A stretch of DNA of 64,000 nucleotides from an uncultured delta proteobacterium (GTDB taxonomy: Bacteria > Desulfobacterota > BSN033 > UBA1163): NCBI GenBank assembly GCA_963827685.1, contig CAWHBU010000003.1, positions 384,001-448,000 on the forward strand. Direction: 5' to 3'. The translations under genes and the position numbers were made by a program. Below, one piece after another: positions 11,345-22,142 of the stretch. Below the pieces are notes generated by a model. It was given only the letters and a program-made list of their open reading frames with translations, made no database searches and had not been told where the DNA came from. How positions within the stretch are numbered: the stretch's first letter is position 1; each line of letters starts with the position of its first letter.

Positions 11345-12032
11345 TGTGAATACCTATTACAGCAAGGCGCATGTCTTACAAGATGTTTCCTTGCAGGTCG
11401 ATCAAGGTGAAATTATAACCTTGTTGGGGGGCAATGGGGCCGGTAAGTCTACAACTCTTTTGACGATTTCAGGGGTCATTCCCCCCCGGAGCGGCAAGAT
11501 CTCCTTCCAGGGGACACTGATCAATCGTGAGAAGCCAGCGAAAATCGTAAAGCTGGGGATCGCTCAATGCCCGGAAGGAAAAGACCTGTTTCCGGCGATG
11601 AACGTTGAAGACAATCTAAAACTGGGGGCGTTTCTGCGGAAAGACTTTGATGGGATTGCCAAAGACCTCGAGAACATTTATCAGCGTTTTCCAATCCTGC
11701 CGAAGCGGCTTCGCCAGGCTGCCGGGTCCCTCTCCGGCGGAGAGCAGCAGATGCTGACGATCGGCAGGGCCCTGATGAGCCGCCCAAAGCTCCTGATGCT
11801 CGATGAACCTTCGACTGGGTTGTCTCCTCTGCTTACGGAAGAGATATTTTCGATCATTCAGGATATTAACCGAGAAGTAACTTCGATTCTTTTGGTGGAG
11901 CAGAATGTGGGGATGGCGTTGAGCGTGGCCCATCGGGGCTATGTTTTAGAGACGGGCAAGGTTGTGTTTGAGGGAACGCAACAGGAGCTCTTGAACAATG
12001 ACCGGGTGAGACAGGCTTATCTGGGGGAATGA
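11325..12032 (+). CDS. livF: HAAT ABC transporter ATPase LivF
   Basis: GGNGAGKST, LSGGEQQML, LDEPS, VEQN. Confidence 0.9.
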   Translation: MLLELVDVNTYYSKAHVLQDVSLQVDQGEIITLLGGNGAGKSTTLLTISGVIPPRSGKISFQGTLINREKPAKIVKLGIAQCPEGKDLFPAMNVEDNLKLGAFLRKDFDGIAKDLENIYQRFPILPKRLRQAAGSLSGGEQQMLTIGRALMSRPKLLMLDEPSTGLSPLLTEEIFSIIQDINREVTSILLVEQNVGMALSVAHRGYVLETGKVVFEGTQQELLNNDRVRQAYLGE

Positions 12033-12202
12033 GGGATCCATTTTGGGGGTGCCGGAAGGCGATGAATCTAGGACGGATCGGAGGGCCTGAATCGATTAAT
12101 GATATTGGATAGGAAAGGAGGTGGCGATCGGCGGGCATTTGATTGGCGGTCAAAGTTCATTTATAAAAATTCACGAAAAATATTCGAGAAAGGAGATAAC
12201 AA

Positions 12203-13396
12203 ATGAAAGTGAGAAGAAGGACCTATTCGACAAGCCGGATGAGTTGGCTATGGGGAGTGTTTTTCTGTTGTGCTTTGATCATTTCTGCCCCCGTTTCCTA
12301 CGCGGCCGATGTCGTCAAAATCGGAGCCGTTTATCCATTAAGCGGTGGGGTTGCCGATGCGGCCAGCTGGGTTATCGATGGGATGAAAATGGCCCAGGAG
12401 GAGATCAATGCAAAAGGGGGACTCTTCATGGAGGGGAAGAAGTACAATTTTGAATACGTGATTTACGACAGCAAATGCAACCCCACCGACGGGGTGGCTG
12501 CGGTAGAGAAATTAATCACCCGCGACAAAGTCCTGATGATCAACGGAGACTACTGCAGTTCCTGCACCTTGGCTCAAAGAGAAGTTACGGAGAGAAACAA
12601 AGTCGTGCAGCTAACGCCCATCTCGGTCCATCCCGACATCACGGGACCGGGGCATCCCTATATGTTTAGAACTGCCTGGTCGATTGCCGACTTCGCGAAA
12701 CCTTTTGTGGAATTCGTCCTTAAAAAATTGCCCCAGGTGAAAACGGTTGCCTTTCTGGCGATCACGGATGACTATGGACGCAGTGCGGTAAAGAATTATT
12801 CGGAGTTATTCAACAAAAACGGAATCAAGATCGCGACGGTGGAGTATTTTAAACACGGAGATACGGACTTCTATACCCAGATTACGAAGATTTCTTCTAT
12901 GAAGCCAGATGCGGTCTATATCGTCACCGATGAAGATGCTCAAAACATCGGTACCCTGAAGCAATTGAAAGAGCTGGGCTATAAAGGAAATATTTTCGGT
13001 TGCAGCACCTATGCAACGGATCGTATGGTCCAGATCGGCGGCAAGGAACTTTTGGAGGGGATTTATATTGAAGGTCACCCCTTCGAATTGTACGGGGATC
13101 AGCCGCGGGCGAAGGAATGGGCCGAAAATTACAAAAAGCGATTCAATAAGGAAGCAAATGCCTTTGCCTTAGCTGGATATGATTCGACCTATCTGATTGC
13201 GGATGTCTTGAAGATTGCAGATACCGCTACCGACAAGGAAAAGATCCGTTTGGCCATGTTCAAAACGAATATGAACGATCGGATTGGGTTCAATGGGCAA
13301 CCCCATTTCGACGCAAACGGACAGGTCCATGTGTATCTGGGGGTCCTTCAGTACAAAGACGGAAAACGGAGGGTCGCTTACCTGCAAGGGAAGTAA
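12203..13396 (+). CDS. HAAT ABC transporter periplasmic substrate-binding protein
   Basis: Signal peptide ending SYA-A, KIGAVYPLSG, DDYG, DFYTQI (LivK/PBP1 type). Confidence 0.88.
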   Translation: MKVRRRTYSTSRMSWLWGVFFCCALIISAPVSYAADVVKIGAVYPLSGGVADAASWVIDGMKMAQEEINAKGGLFMEGKKYNFEYVIYDSKCNPTDGVAAVEKLITRDKVLMINGDYCSSCTLAQREVTERNKVVQLTPISVHPDITGPGHPYMFRTAWSIADFAKPFVEFVLKKLPQVKTVAFLAITDDYGRSAVKNYSELFNKNGIKIATVEYFKHGDTDFYTQITKISSMKPDAVYIVTDEDAQNIGTLKQLKELGYKGNIFGCSTYATDRMVQIGGKELLEGIYIEGHPFELYGDQPRAKEWAENYKKRFNKEANAFALAGYDSTYLIADVLKIADTATDKEKIRLAMFKTNMNDRIGFNGQPHFDANGQVHVYLGVLQYKDGKRRVAYLQGK

Positions 13397-13559
13397 GGAT
13401 CGTATTGAAGGGTTGATTGAAATCTCCACGGAGGATCTCGCCTGCGAGCCGGAGGAGTAGAAGGGGTTACCCGATCAGTGATCCTTCCCCCTTTACTCCT
13501 AAAGCTCGCTCCGAAGGGCTGATACCCTTGTTGCCTCGTTGGGTTCGTGGCAGACTATC

Positions 13560-13803
13560 TGCTGCTTTTGGAGAAAAGGCGGAAGGGCTCTCTGAGCTGG
13601 ATGGAGCAGAAATGGCGGTAAAATTTGTGGAACGCCTCTCTGATGACCTTCGAGTTCCGAGAAGGCTCAGAGATGTTGGAATTCTCGAAAATGCAATCCC
13701 CCGGCTGGCTGAGGCAGCTATGAAGGTGACCAGACTCCTGGCCAACAACCCAAGAAAAATAGCCCCTGAAGATGCGATCGCCATTTACAAATCCGCTTAT
13801 TAA
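13560..13803 (+). pseudogene. C-terminal remnant of an iron-containing alcohol dehydrogenase
   Basis: LRVPRRLRDVGI...LAEAAMKVTRLLANNPR...IYKSAY matches the Fe-ADH C-terminus; upstream of about 13560 the frame is not protein-like. Confidence 0.75.
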
Positions 13804-13829
13804 TCATTCACCGCAGAAAGGCAAATCAA

Positions 13830-15583
13830 ATGAAAGGCTTCTTCAATAAAATTCTAAGGATCAATCTCAAAGCAAAAACCTCCAAGGAAGAAACCATCTC
13901 TGATTCCATTTATGAAACCTATTTGGGTGGGAAAGGACTCGGAACTTATCTCCTCATGAAAGAAAATCCTCCTAGCGTTGATCCTCTTTCTCCGGAAAAC
14001 AAACTCATCTTCTGTACCGGCCCGATCACCGATACAAGAATCTATGGTTCCTGCCGACATGGCGTCTTCACCAAATCTCCCTTAACCGGAATCTTTTCTG
14101 AATCTTACTCCGGAGGAAAAGTGGCAGAACCGATGAGCCGGACGGGTTACGATGCATTTATTTTTGACGAAGCATCGAGTGAACCCATTTGGATTGAGAT
14201 CTCTGGACAAAAAGTTGCCTTCCACGATGCCAAACACCTCTGGGGAAAGGATACCTATTTCACAGAGGACGAAGTCTTGAAGAGAACCGACAAAAAAGGT
14301 GCGGGTGCTCTGGTGATTGGGCCTGCTGGAGAAAATCTGGTCCGATATGCTGTCATTGAAAATGATTACTGGCGATCCCTTGGAAGGACTGGAGTCGGTG
14401 CAGTGATGGGCTCCAAAAGGATGAAGGCTATTGTCTTTCACGGCGAAAAGAAAAAGGAGATTGCCTATCCTGATCGGCTCGAGCAGTTTGCAAAAGAAAC
14501 TTTAGAACGAGGCAAAGATAATCCTGGAGCCAAAATTATCGAAGGCTGGGCACCCCCCAATTGGTTGCTATAACTAATTCAGTTAGCGCGTTTCCATCAA
14601 AATATTGGCATCTCGGAACTTTTGAGGGATGGGAGAAGATCAGCGGAGAAGCTCTTCTCGAGCGCTGTCAGGTCAAACCCACCGCTTGTCTCCGTTGCTT
14701 TATGGCTTGTGGAGATTTAAGCGAGGTTAAGATGGGGAGGCATAAGGGTCTAAAAATTGAAGGACCTGAATATGAAACAATCTATGCCTTTGGTGGTCTC
14801 TGCATGATTCATGAAATTGAGGAGATCGCCTATCTCAATGATATCTGTGATCGTCTCGGCATGGATACCATCTCTGCTGGAAGCCTCTGCGCCTTTGCCA
14901 TCGAAGCTTCAGAGATGGGACGAATTAAAGAAAAGATTAATTGGGGGGAAGTGGACAAGATTGCAGAACTTCTCCATGATATCGCATCGAAGAAGGGGAT
15001 TGGAGCAATTTTATCAGAGGGGATTCGACATGCCGCCAACGTCTGGAATATGGAAGATGTGGCAATCCATGTGAAGGGACTCGATCCCGCAGGATATGAC
15101 CCAAGGGTCCTTAAAGGAATGGGCCTCGCCAATGCCACTTCTGATCGTGGAGCCTGTCACCTGAGATCAACGTTCTACAAAGCAGAACTTGCCGGGATGA
15201 TCCCGATGGACAAGATGGAGGGAAAGGCTAAGCTCTTCCTCGAATTCGAAGATCGGTTTAACATCCACGATTCACTGATCTTATGCCGATTCTATCGAGA
15301 TATCTATTGGGAGTGGAATTACCTATCGACCATCGTTGAGATGACCACAGGCCTCAAGTTAGATGAGAATAGTCTAAGAAAAATTTCGTCCACCATTCAG
15401 AATGAAACCCGGAAGTTCAATCTCCGCGAAGGCCTCACCCCGAAGGATGATACACTTCCAAAGAGATTTTTTGATGAACCTTTAGGCAAAGATGGAAAAA
15501 CGATCCGAAGAGAAGACCTCCAGGGAATGCTCCGGGATTACTATGCCCTGAGGGGTTGGAGCTCTGAGGGCATTCCTTTATAG
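13830..15583 (+). pseudogene. aor: Tungsten aldehyde:ferredoxin oxidoreductase, frameshifted at about 14532-14535
   Basis: YLGGKGLG, GRTGVGAVMGSK, CxxCxxxC, EGPEYET, DRGACH; adding one A to caaaattatc gives GAKNYRRLGTPQLVAITN and joins the two ORFs. Confidence 0.85.
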
Positions 15584-15728
15584 ATTTCAGATTGTAGATT
15601 TCAAATCAGAGATTGGAAAGCCAGGAACTTAATCCGTCAATATTAGAAGCCCTATTCACCTTGGATCTTTCCTTGACCGCCTCTCTTGGTCTCAACAGGA
15701 TAACTATAGTTAGGAAGTCACTAACCCC

Positions 15729-15862
15729 ATGAAACTTTCAGCACCTAACAAGTGGCTTACCCTTTGGATGTTTTGAAAGAAGAAAAGAGTATTGCGATTT
15801 TTCTTGGAGCAACCGATACAGAAAAGAGCACTCTCCCAAAATTCTTAATCTCAAACTTGCCT
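15729..15862 (+). pseudogene. Degenerate N-terminal fragment of a P-loop kinase, resembling Clp1/Grc3 polynucleotide kinases
   Basis: MKLSAPNKWLTL / LDVLKEEKSIAIFLGATDTEKSTL; frameshifted, Walker A G replaced by E, truncated. Confidence 0.5.
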
Positions 15863-16466
15863 ATGCCGGATTTGTTTAGTGGATTGCGGCTTGTACCCAA
15901 GATAATCAATGAGGTTAGCGATAATTATCGCCTCCACCCGGGTCATTTTCTTGGAGTCCTGATTTTCCAAAATCCGCAGCAAATCTTCACATCTGACGTG
16001 GCCAATGTCCTTGGCCAGCCTCCTGCTTACATTCTCGTAATCGATGAACGGCCGAGCTTGGGTGAGTCCTGCAAATATTCTCTCGGGATCCCGGTATTGA
16101 TATAGAATCTCTGCTTCCCTTCCATATCACTCAGAAGAGCGAAAAGAATTTCACAAGGGGTTTCAGGGTCAGGCCAGTAGTTGATGTCTAACCTCATAAC
16201 TAAGTAAAGAACCCCGCCCACAGGGTGGGGCTTTAAAACCTAAATTCCAATATACAAAACCGAGATCCCGAAACAAGCCGGATGACGTCCAGACGGTGCA
16301 TTTCGTACTTGGTGGCGGGAACGTCCAGACGAGGCGGCCCTGAATGGTCCAGCATTAGAGACAGCTTGATCCACACTCGCCCTTTTGATTATAAAGATTT
16401 CTACCTGACCTTCCCCCGAGTTGATGGACACACCTGAGAATTTGTATCATTGGACAGGAGGTGCGT

Positions 16467-16763
16467 ATGGGGGAAAAGAATCGTCATTTCAGCCGTGAGT
16501 TCAAACGAGATGCAGTGCAGTTGGTCACAGAGAAAGGGATGCCGGTAGGCAAGGTGGCCCGAGAGCTTGATATCCATCCCAATCTTCTTCATCTATGGAG
16601 GAGGAGGTTCTTAGCTAAAGGGGATAAAGCCTTCGTAGGGAAGGGCCGTGTAACGCCAGAGGAAGCGGAAATAAAGGGGCTCCGGAAGGAATTAGAAAAG
16701 GTGAAGGAAGAGAGGGACATTTTAAAAAAAGCCTTGGCCGTATTCTCCAAACGAAACAGATGA
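16467..16763 (+). CDS. IS3 transposase OrfA (HTH)
   Basis: FSREFKRDAV...VARELDI...LHLWRR, EERDILKKA; A7G slippery site near 16724-16731. Confidence 0.92.
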   Translation: MGEKNRHFSREFKRDAVQLVTEKGMPVGKVARELDIHPNLLHLWRRRFLAKGDKAFVGKGRVTPEEAEIKGLRKELEKVKEERDILKKALAVFSKRNR

Positions 16764-17617
16764 AGTATCGGTTGATAGAAGAGCACAGAGAGACCTACAA
16801 GATAAGGAGTATGAGTGAAGTGTTGAAGGTATCCAGAAGTGGTTATTATGCGTGGAAGACGCGTCAACCGAGCACACGTCAGAAAGACGATGAGGAGTTG
16901 CTGGGGCACATACGGGAGATCCACACTCAAAGCAGAAGGCTCTATGGGAGTCCGCGGATCGCAGCGGAGCTCAATAAGCAGGGTCTTAGATGTGGGAAGA
17001 ACCGGGTAGCCAGGATCATGAAAGAGCACTCCATATGGGCAGAAGTGAAGAAAAAGAGATTCAGGCGGACTACCGATTCACGGCATCATTATGCCTTGGC
17101 TGCAAACTTACTGATTGACCAGAGGCAGACAGAGGGGGTATGGGCATCTGATATTACGTTTGTGCCCACTTCTGAGGGATGGCTCTATGTGGCAGCAGTG
17201 ATGAATGTGAAAAGCAGAAAGATCATTGGGCTGTCCATGAGCGATAAGCTCTCTCAGGAGCTAGCTTCTGCTGCGCTCAGGGACGCGGTGGGCAGGCAAA
17301 GCCCCTCTGAAGGGTTGATCCACCATTCTGATCGAGGCAGGCAGTATGCAAGCTATGCCTATCAGGAGCTTTTAAGAGAATACGGCATGACTCCTAGTAT
17401 GAGCAGAAGTGGCAATTGTTATGATAATGCCTATGTGGAGTCTTTCTTTGGCACGCTCAAGACGGAGTTGGTCCATGGTGAGCGGTACCGTTCAAGGCTG
17501 GAGGCGAGGCTTAGTATTTTTGAGTACGTGGAAGTGTTTTATAATCGTCAGAGGAGTCATTCGGCATTAGGGTACAGGAGCCCAGAGCAGTATGAAAAGC
17601 TCCTTAATGAAACTTAA
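16760..17617 (+). CDS. IS3 transposase OrfB (DDE integrase core)
   Basis: WASDITF, HHSDRGRQY, GNCYDNAYVESFFGTLKTE, YNRQRSHSALGY; ATGA overlap with orfA. Confidence 0.95.
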   Translation: MKYRLIEEHRETYKIRSMSEVLKVSRSGYYAWKTRQPSTRQKDDEELLGHIREIHTQSRRLYGSPRIAAELNKQGLRCGKNRVARIMKEHSIWAEVKKKRFRRTTDSRHHYALAANLLIDQRQTEGVWASDITFVPTSEGWLYVAAVMNVKSRKIIGLSMSDKLSQELASAALRDAVGRQSPSEGLIHHSDRGRQYASYAYQELLREYGMTPSMSRSGNCYDNAYVESFFGTLKTELVHGERYRSRLEARLSIFEYVEVFYNRQRSHSALGYRSPEQYEKLLNET

Positions 17618-17823
17618 TCATGTGTCCACTTTTTCAGGGGAAGGTCAACCGGTAATCCTCAAATGCTCCCAACAAATAACTCTAAGGACTTGCAGGTGAA
17701 GCGGTTGTTCTGCAAGTCTCTGTCAATTGAAGTCTTCACTTTTATGAAGTAAATCCCTCCCAATTTGCGTCATTTCCCTGCCGGAGGCAGGCAAAAGGGG
17801 GATAGAGGGGGAAAAAGCAGTAA

Positions 17824-19887
17824 TTAGGTAAGCTTTGAGAAGTCGGCGATTCTGAGGAAGAGTTTCCCGATCTCATCGAGGAGGGCGAGGCGATTATTTC
17901 GGATGGCTTCATCCTCAACCATTACCATGACCCCATCAAAGAATTCATCGATCGGTTTCTTCATCTGGGTCATTTCGAGGAGTGCAGAGGGATAGTCTCT
18001 TTGGTTGAGGTGAAGACCGATTTTCTCTTTCGCCTTGAGAAACGATTGATAGAGGTTCTGTTCAGCAGATTCAGCAAAGAGGGACGGATTGATCTCTCTT
18101 TTTGGGGGAGACCCTTTCAGGATATTCATCGCCCGCTTAAAAGCAGTCACAAGCGACTCAAAATCCTTCCACTCCTTGGCCTTCCTCAAAGCATCAATTC
18201 TGCCCTGAACATCAAGCAACTCGTCAAATAAAATACAGAGCACGGCGTCGGTCACGTCAAAAGGGTACTCCTTATCCAATAAGAAGTTTTGATAACGGAC
18301 TCGAAAGAAATCCAGAATTTCTTCTTTTACCTGTTCAGCCGGACGCTCCATCTTCTCTTTCAACTGCTTTTCGCTCTCTTCAACCAATCCCCTCAAGGAA
18401 ATGGAATATTTTTTTTCAAGGATGATCCGGATAATGCCCAGGGCTTGTCGCCTTAACCCAAAAGGATCGGCTGTTCCTGTGGGCACAAGACCCACTCCAA
18501 AGCAACCCACGATGGTATCCATTTTGTCGGCAATGCTGACGATATCTCCGACGGAACTGGAAGGCAGGCGGTCTCCTGCAAAACCGGGCAGGTAGTGCTC
18601 ATAAATTGCTTCAGCAACCTCAGGCCTTTCCTTAGATATTCGGGCATACTCCCTTCCAACGATCCCCTGTAGTTTTGGAAACTCGCCTACCATTCCGGTC
18701 ACTAAATCGGCTTTGCATAACAAAGAGGTTCTTCCAACCGCTTCTCGCAGCTTGGGATCGATTCGTTCTGCCATCCATAAAGCCAATTGTCTAAAACGCA
18801 TCACCTTTTCATAAGAGGTCCCCAGCTTTGCCTGAAAAACCACCTTCTTCAGGTGTTCTACTCTTTTCTCCAGAGAAATTTTCAGATCATCTTCGAAGAA
18901 GAAAACCGCATCAGAAAGCCTTGCCTTGAGGACTTTCTCATTTCCCTTCACCACCACTTCCCGGTTCTTCGGGTAAATATTGCTGATGCAGATAAAGTGA
19001 GGAAGCAATTTCCCATGGTCATCCACCACAGGGAAATATCTCTGATGCTCCTTCATCGAATGGATGAGAATCTCCCGAGGGAGGGAAAGAAATGTGCTGT
19101 CAAAGGTTCCACACAAGGCGACAGGATATTCCACCAGAAAATTGACCTCATTGAGGAGATCTTCATCTTTCAGGACCCTTCCCGAAACCTTGGCCCCTTC
19201 TCGAATCATCTCATCCTCTATCGTTTTCTTCCGCTCCTCAGGGTCAACAATCACAGAAGCTTTTCTCGTCTTTTGTAGATAGGATTGAAAATCCTTGACG
19301 GGAACAGGGCCGGGATGCATGAAGCGATGGCCGTAGGTCATCTTCCCACTCCGGATATTACCCACTTCGAAAGAAACCACTTCTCCTCCGAAAAGAGCCA
19401 ATATCCAGTGAATAGGCCTGGCAAAACGAATCGGGACATCTGCCCATTTCATCGACTTCTGAAATGGAATGGAAAGGATCCATTTGGGAAGGAGCGAGGC
19501 AAGAAGCTCAGAGGTTGGCCTCCCCGACTCCTTTTTCACAGCGCAGACATACTTCCCTTTCTCTGTTTGAATCATGGTCAAGGATTCAACAGGAACGGAT
19601 TGACTCTTCGCAAAACCAATGGCTGCTTTGGTGGGATTGCCTTTCGCATCAAAGGCGGCTTGTTTCGAAGGACCTATTTTTTTCGTCTCCTCGTCTTTCT
19701 GCTTTTCCGAGACGGATTGAATCACCAGGACAAGACGTCTCGGAGTTCCAAGAGTTTTTACGCCATTGAAGTCGATCCGGCTCGCCTCCAGTTCTTTTTG
19801 GGCGATGTTCTCCAAATCGATCAACGCCAGGGGAACAAACCCAGCCGGAATCTCCTCCGTCCCAATCTCCATTAATAGTTCTTTCAT
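17824..19887 (-). CDS. glyS: Glycine--tRNA ligase beta subunit
   Basis: LLMEIGTEEIP, TPRRL, FARPIHW, GEFPKLQG, DPFGLRR, NRLALL. Confidence 0.97.
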   Translation of the reverse strand: MKELLMEIGTEEIPAGFVPLALIDLENIAQKELEASRIDFNGVKTLGTPRRLVLVIQSVSEKQKDEETKKIGPSKQAAFDAKGNPTKAAIGFAKSQSVPVESLTMIQTEKGKYVCAVKKESGRPTSELLASLLPKWILSIPFQKSMKWADVPIRFARPIHWILALFGGEVVSFEVGNIRSGKMTYGHRFMHPGPVPVKDFQSYLQKTRKASVIVDPEERKKTIEDEMIREGAKVSGRVLKDEDLLNEVNFLVEYPVALCGTFDSTFLSLPREILIHSMKEHQRYFPVVDDHGKLLPHFICISNIYPKNREVVVKGNEKVLKARLSDAVFFFEDDLKISLEKRVEHLKKVVFQAKLGTSYEKVMRFRQLALWMAERIDPKLREAVGRTSLLCKADLVTGMVGEFPKLQGIVGREYARISKERPEVAEAIYEHYLPGFAGDRLPSSSVGDIVSIADKMDTIVGCFGVGLVPTGTADPFGLRRQALGIIRIILEKKYSISLRGLVEESEKQLKEKMERPAEQVKEEILDFFRVRYQNFLLDKEYPFDVTDAVLCILFDELLDVQGRIDALRKAKEWKDFESLVTAFKRAMNILKGSPPKREINPSLFAESAEQNLYQSFLKAKEKIGLHLNQRDYPSALLEMTQMKKPIDEFFDGVMVMVEDEAIRNNRLALLDEIGKLFLRIADFSKLT

Positions 19888-19907
19888 GCTGGCCCTTTGT
19901 CAGATTT

Positions 19908-19965
19908 GTAGCGCCCTCATTTATTGAGGGCGAAGATTTTCGTCGGCATTAAATGCCGACGCTAC
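19908..19965. repeat. GTAG-type REP doublet (REPIN-like), copy 1
   Basis: GTAG+GCCCTCA-TTTAT-TGAGGGC hairpin ... GTCGGCAT-TAA-ATGCCGAC hairpin+CTAC. Confidence 0.75.
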
Positions 19966-19969
19966 ACCT

Positions 19970-20842
<873 letters not shown>

Positions 20843-20947
20843 TATCTCTCCATATCCTTACAAAATCGAGGGGGTTCCTTATAATGAAGAAAGGTTTAGC
20901 AAATTTAACTCTTGGATGTCAACCCGTTCTCTAATTCAATGACAAAT

Positions 20948-21081
20948 GTGAAGCTCCCCGGCCACAGGCCGGGGCTTCCCGGGCACGTAGTGGCGAGCGG
21001 AAAGCTCGCAAAGGAAGTATCGTTTTGATTGTGCCCCTTAACCCCGCCTACAAGGCGGGGCTTGCGGGGCACTTGCCGGCC
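20948..21081. repeat. About 135-bp structured dispersed repeat (non-autonomous IS200/IS605-like mini-element), copy 1
   Basis: Terminal hairpins CCCCGGCC-ACA-GGCCGGGG and CCCCGCCT-ACA-AGGCGGGG; second copy at 49934-50089. Confidence 0.75.
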
Positions 21082-21125
21082 GAAGCTCAATCCCGCCAAG
21101 GCGGGATCAAATCAAATCCAAATGT

Positions 21126-21186
21126 GTAGCGTCGGCATTTACTGCCGACGCCCTTCCCTATCGTCCCCAGTAAATGAGGCCGCTAC
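21126..21186. repeat. GTAG-type REP doublet, copy 2 (inverted relative to copy 1)
   Basis: GTAGCGTCGGCATTTACTGCCGAC ... CCCCAGTAAATGAGGCCGCTAC. Confidence 0.7.
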
Positions 21187-21188
21187 CA

Positions 21189-21980
21189 CTACCCTATTCC
21201 CTTCCCTGATGGAAAGTCGTGAGAAATTTCTCTCAATGCCTTGAGTGATTTCAATTCTTTCCCCAATTGATAGCTAATGAATTTAGGGAGAAGCTCTCGA
21301 CTCTCGAACAAGGCCTGAAGGGTGAATCTCAATCTTTCAACCTTGGATAATTCCGTCTGGGAGATTTTTTCGATCAATCTGGCCGTCCCTAAGGAGAGTG
21401 GGATGAGATGATTCCACGTCTTCGAGCACTTTTCACATATCAGAGCACCTCTCTCAAGCGAGAAAAAGATGACAGGAACCTCTTGTAAATCCTCCCAATC
21501 TTTCTTACACAGATTACATCTCCTCATATTGGGCCGGTAGCCAAAAAGGGAGAGCATCCGGATTTCAAATATTCTCAATTGTTCCTCTTGGAGGTCCATG
21601 TCTTCAAGGTTCGATAAGAAGGAGAGAAGGAGCTCAAAGGCCTCTCGATTCGCTTCCCGTTCTCCGGCCATCTCGTTCACCAATTCCAAATAATAGTTCC
21701 CGTAAAGAATTTTCTTGAGGTCCTCCTTGATCTTCGGAAAAGAATGGAGGATATCACAGCTCTCAGCCCTCACCAACCCCAGCCCCTCCTTATCGAAGAA
21801 GATGAGCCGAAGGTGAGAAAAGAGGCCAAGGGCGTTTTGAAATCGCTTCCTGCTCCTCCTTGCCCCCTTTGCTATCCCTTTCAGCTTTCCAAATTCCTTG
21901 GTGAAGAAAGTAATGATTTTATCGGACTCACCGTAGTTGAGGGAGCGAATCACAATGGCATGGGTCGTGAAGAGAGGCAT
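21189..21980 (-). CDS. recO: DNA repair protein RecO
   Basis: YGESDKII, GIAKGARRSRKRF, CxxC...CxxC; conserved recO-glyQ-glyS order. Confidence 0.93.
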   Translation of the reverse strand: MPLFTTHAIVIRSLNYGESDKIITFFTKEFGKLKGIAKGARRSRKRFQNALGLFSHLRLIFFDKEGLGLVRAESCDILHSFPKIKEDLKKILYGNYYLELVNEMAGEREANREAFELLLSFLSNLEDMDLQEEQLRIFEIRMLSLFGYRPNMRRCNLCKKDWEDLQEVPVIFFSLERGALICEKCSKTWNHLIPLSLGTARLIEKISQTELSKVERLRFTLQALFESRELLPKFISYQLGKELKSLKALREISHDFPSGKGIG

Positions 21981-22142
21981 AAAAGAACCAGGTCAAATCC
22001 GAATATCGACGCTTTGATTTAGGAATCGAGGGATTTAGGAATTCGGGAATTTAATTCCAAAATTCATAAATTCGCAATCCCTTAATTAACTTTGGATTTC
22101 GTGCTTCGAGTTTAAAAAACCCCCAACTGTCATCTGACTAAA

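Larger units (their letters stand above)
16406..17647 (+). mobile_element. IS3-family insertion sequence, intact
   Basis: IRL TGACCTTCCCCCGAGTTGATGGACACA, IRR TGTGTCCACTTTTTCAGGGGAAGGTCA, TG...CA ends, 3-bp ACC target duplication (16403-16405 / 17648-17650). Confidence 0.95.

Noticed and set aside
14525-14575. Selenocysteine/pyrrolysine readthrough or programmed frameshift in aor
   Set aside because: The break is a frame change, not an in-frame TGA/TAG, and there is no canonical slippery heptamer
20905-21244. ORFs over the 135-bp repeat (also 49860-50320)
   Set aside because: They are translations of a non-coding palindromic repeat
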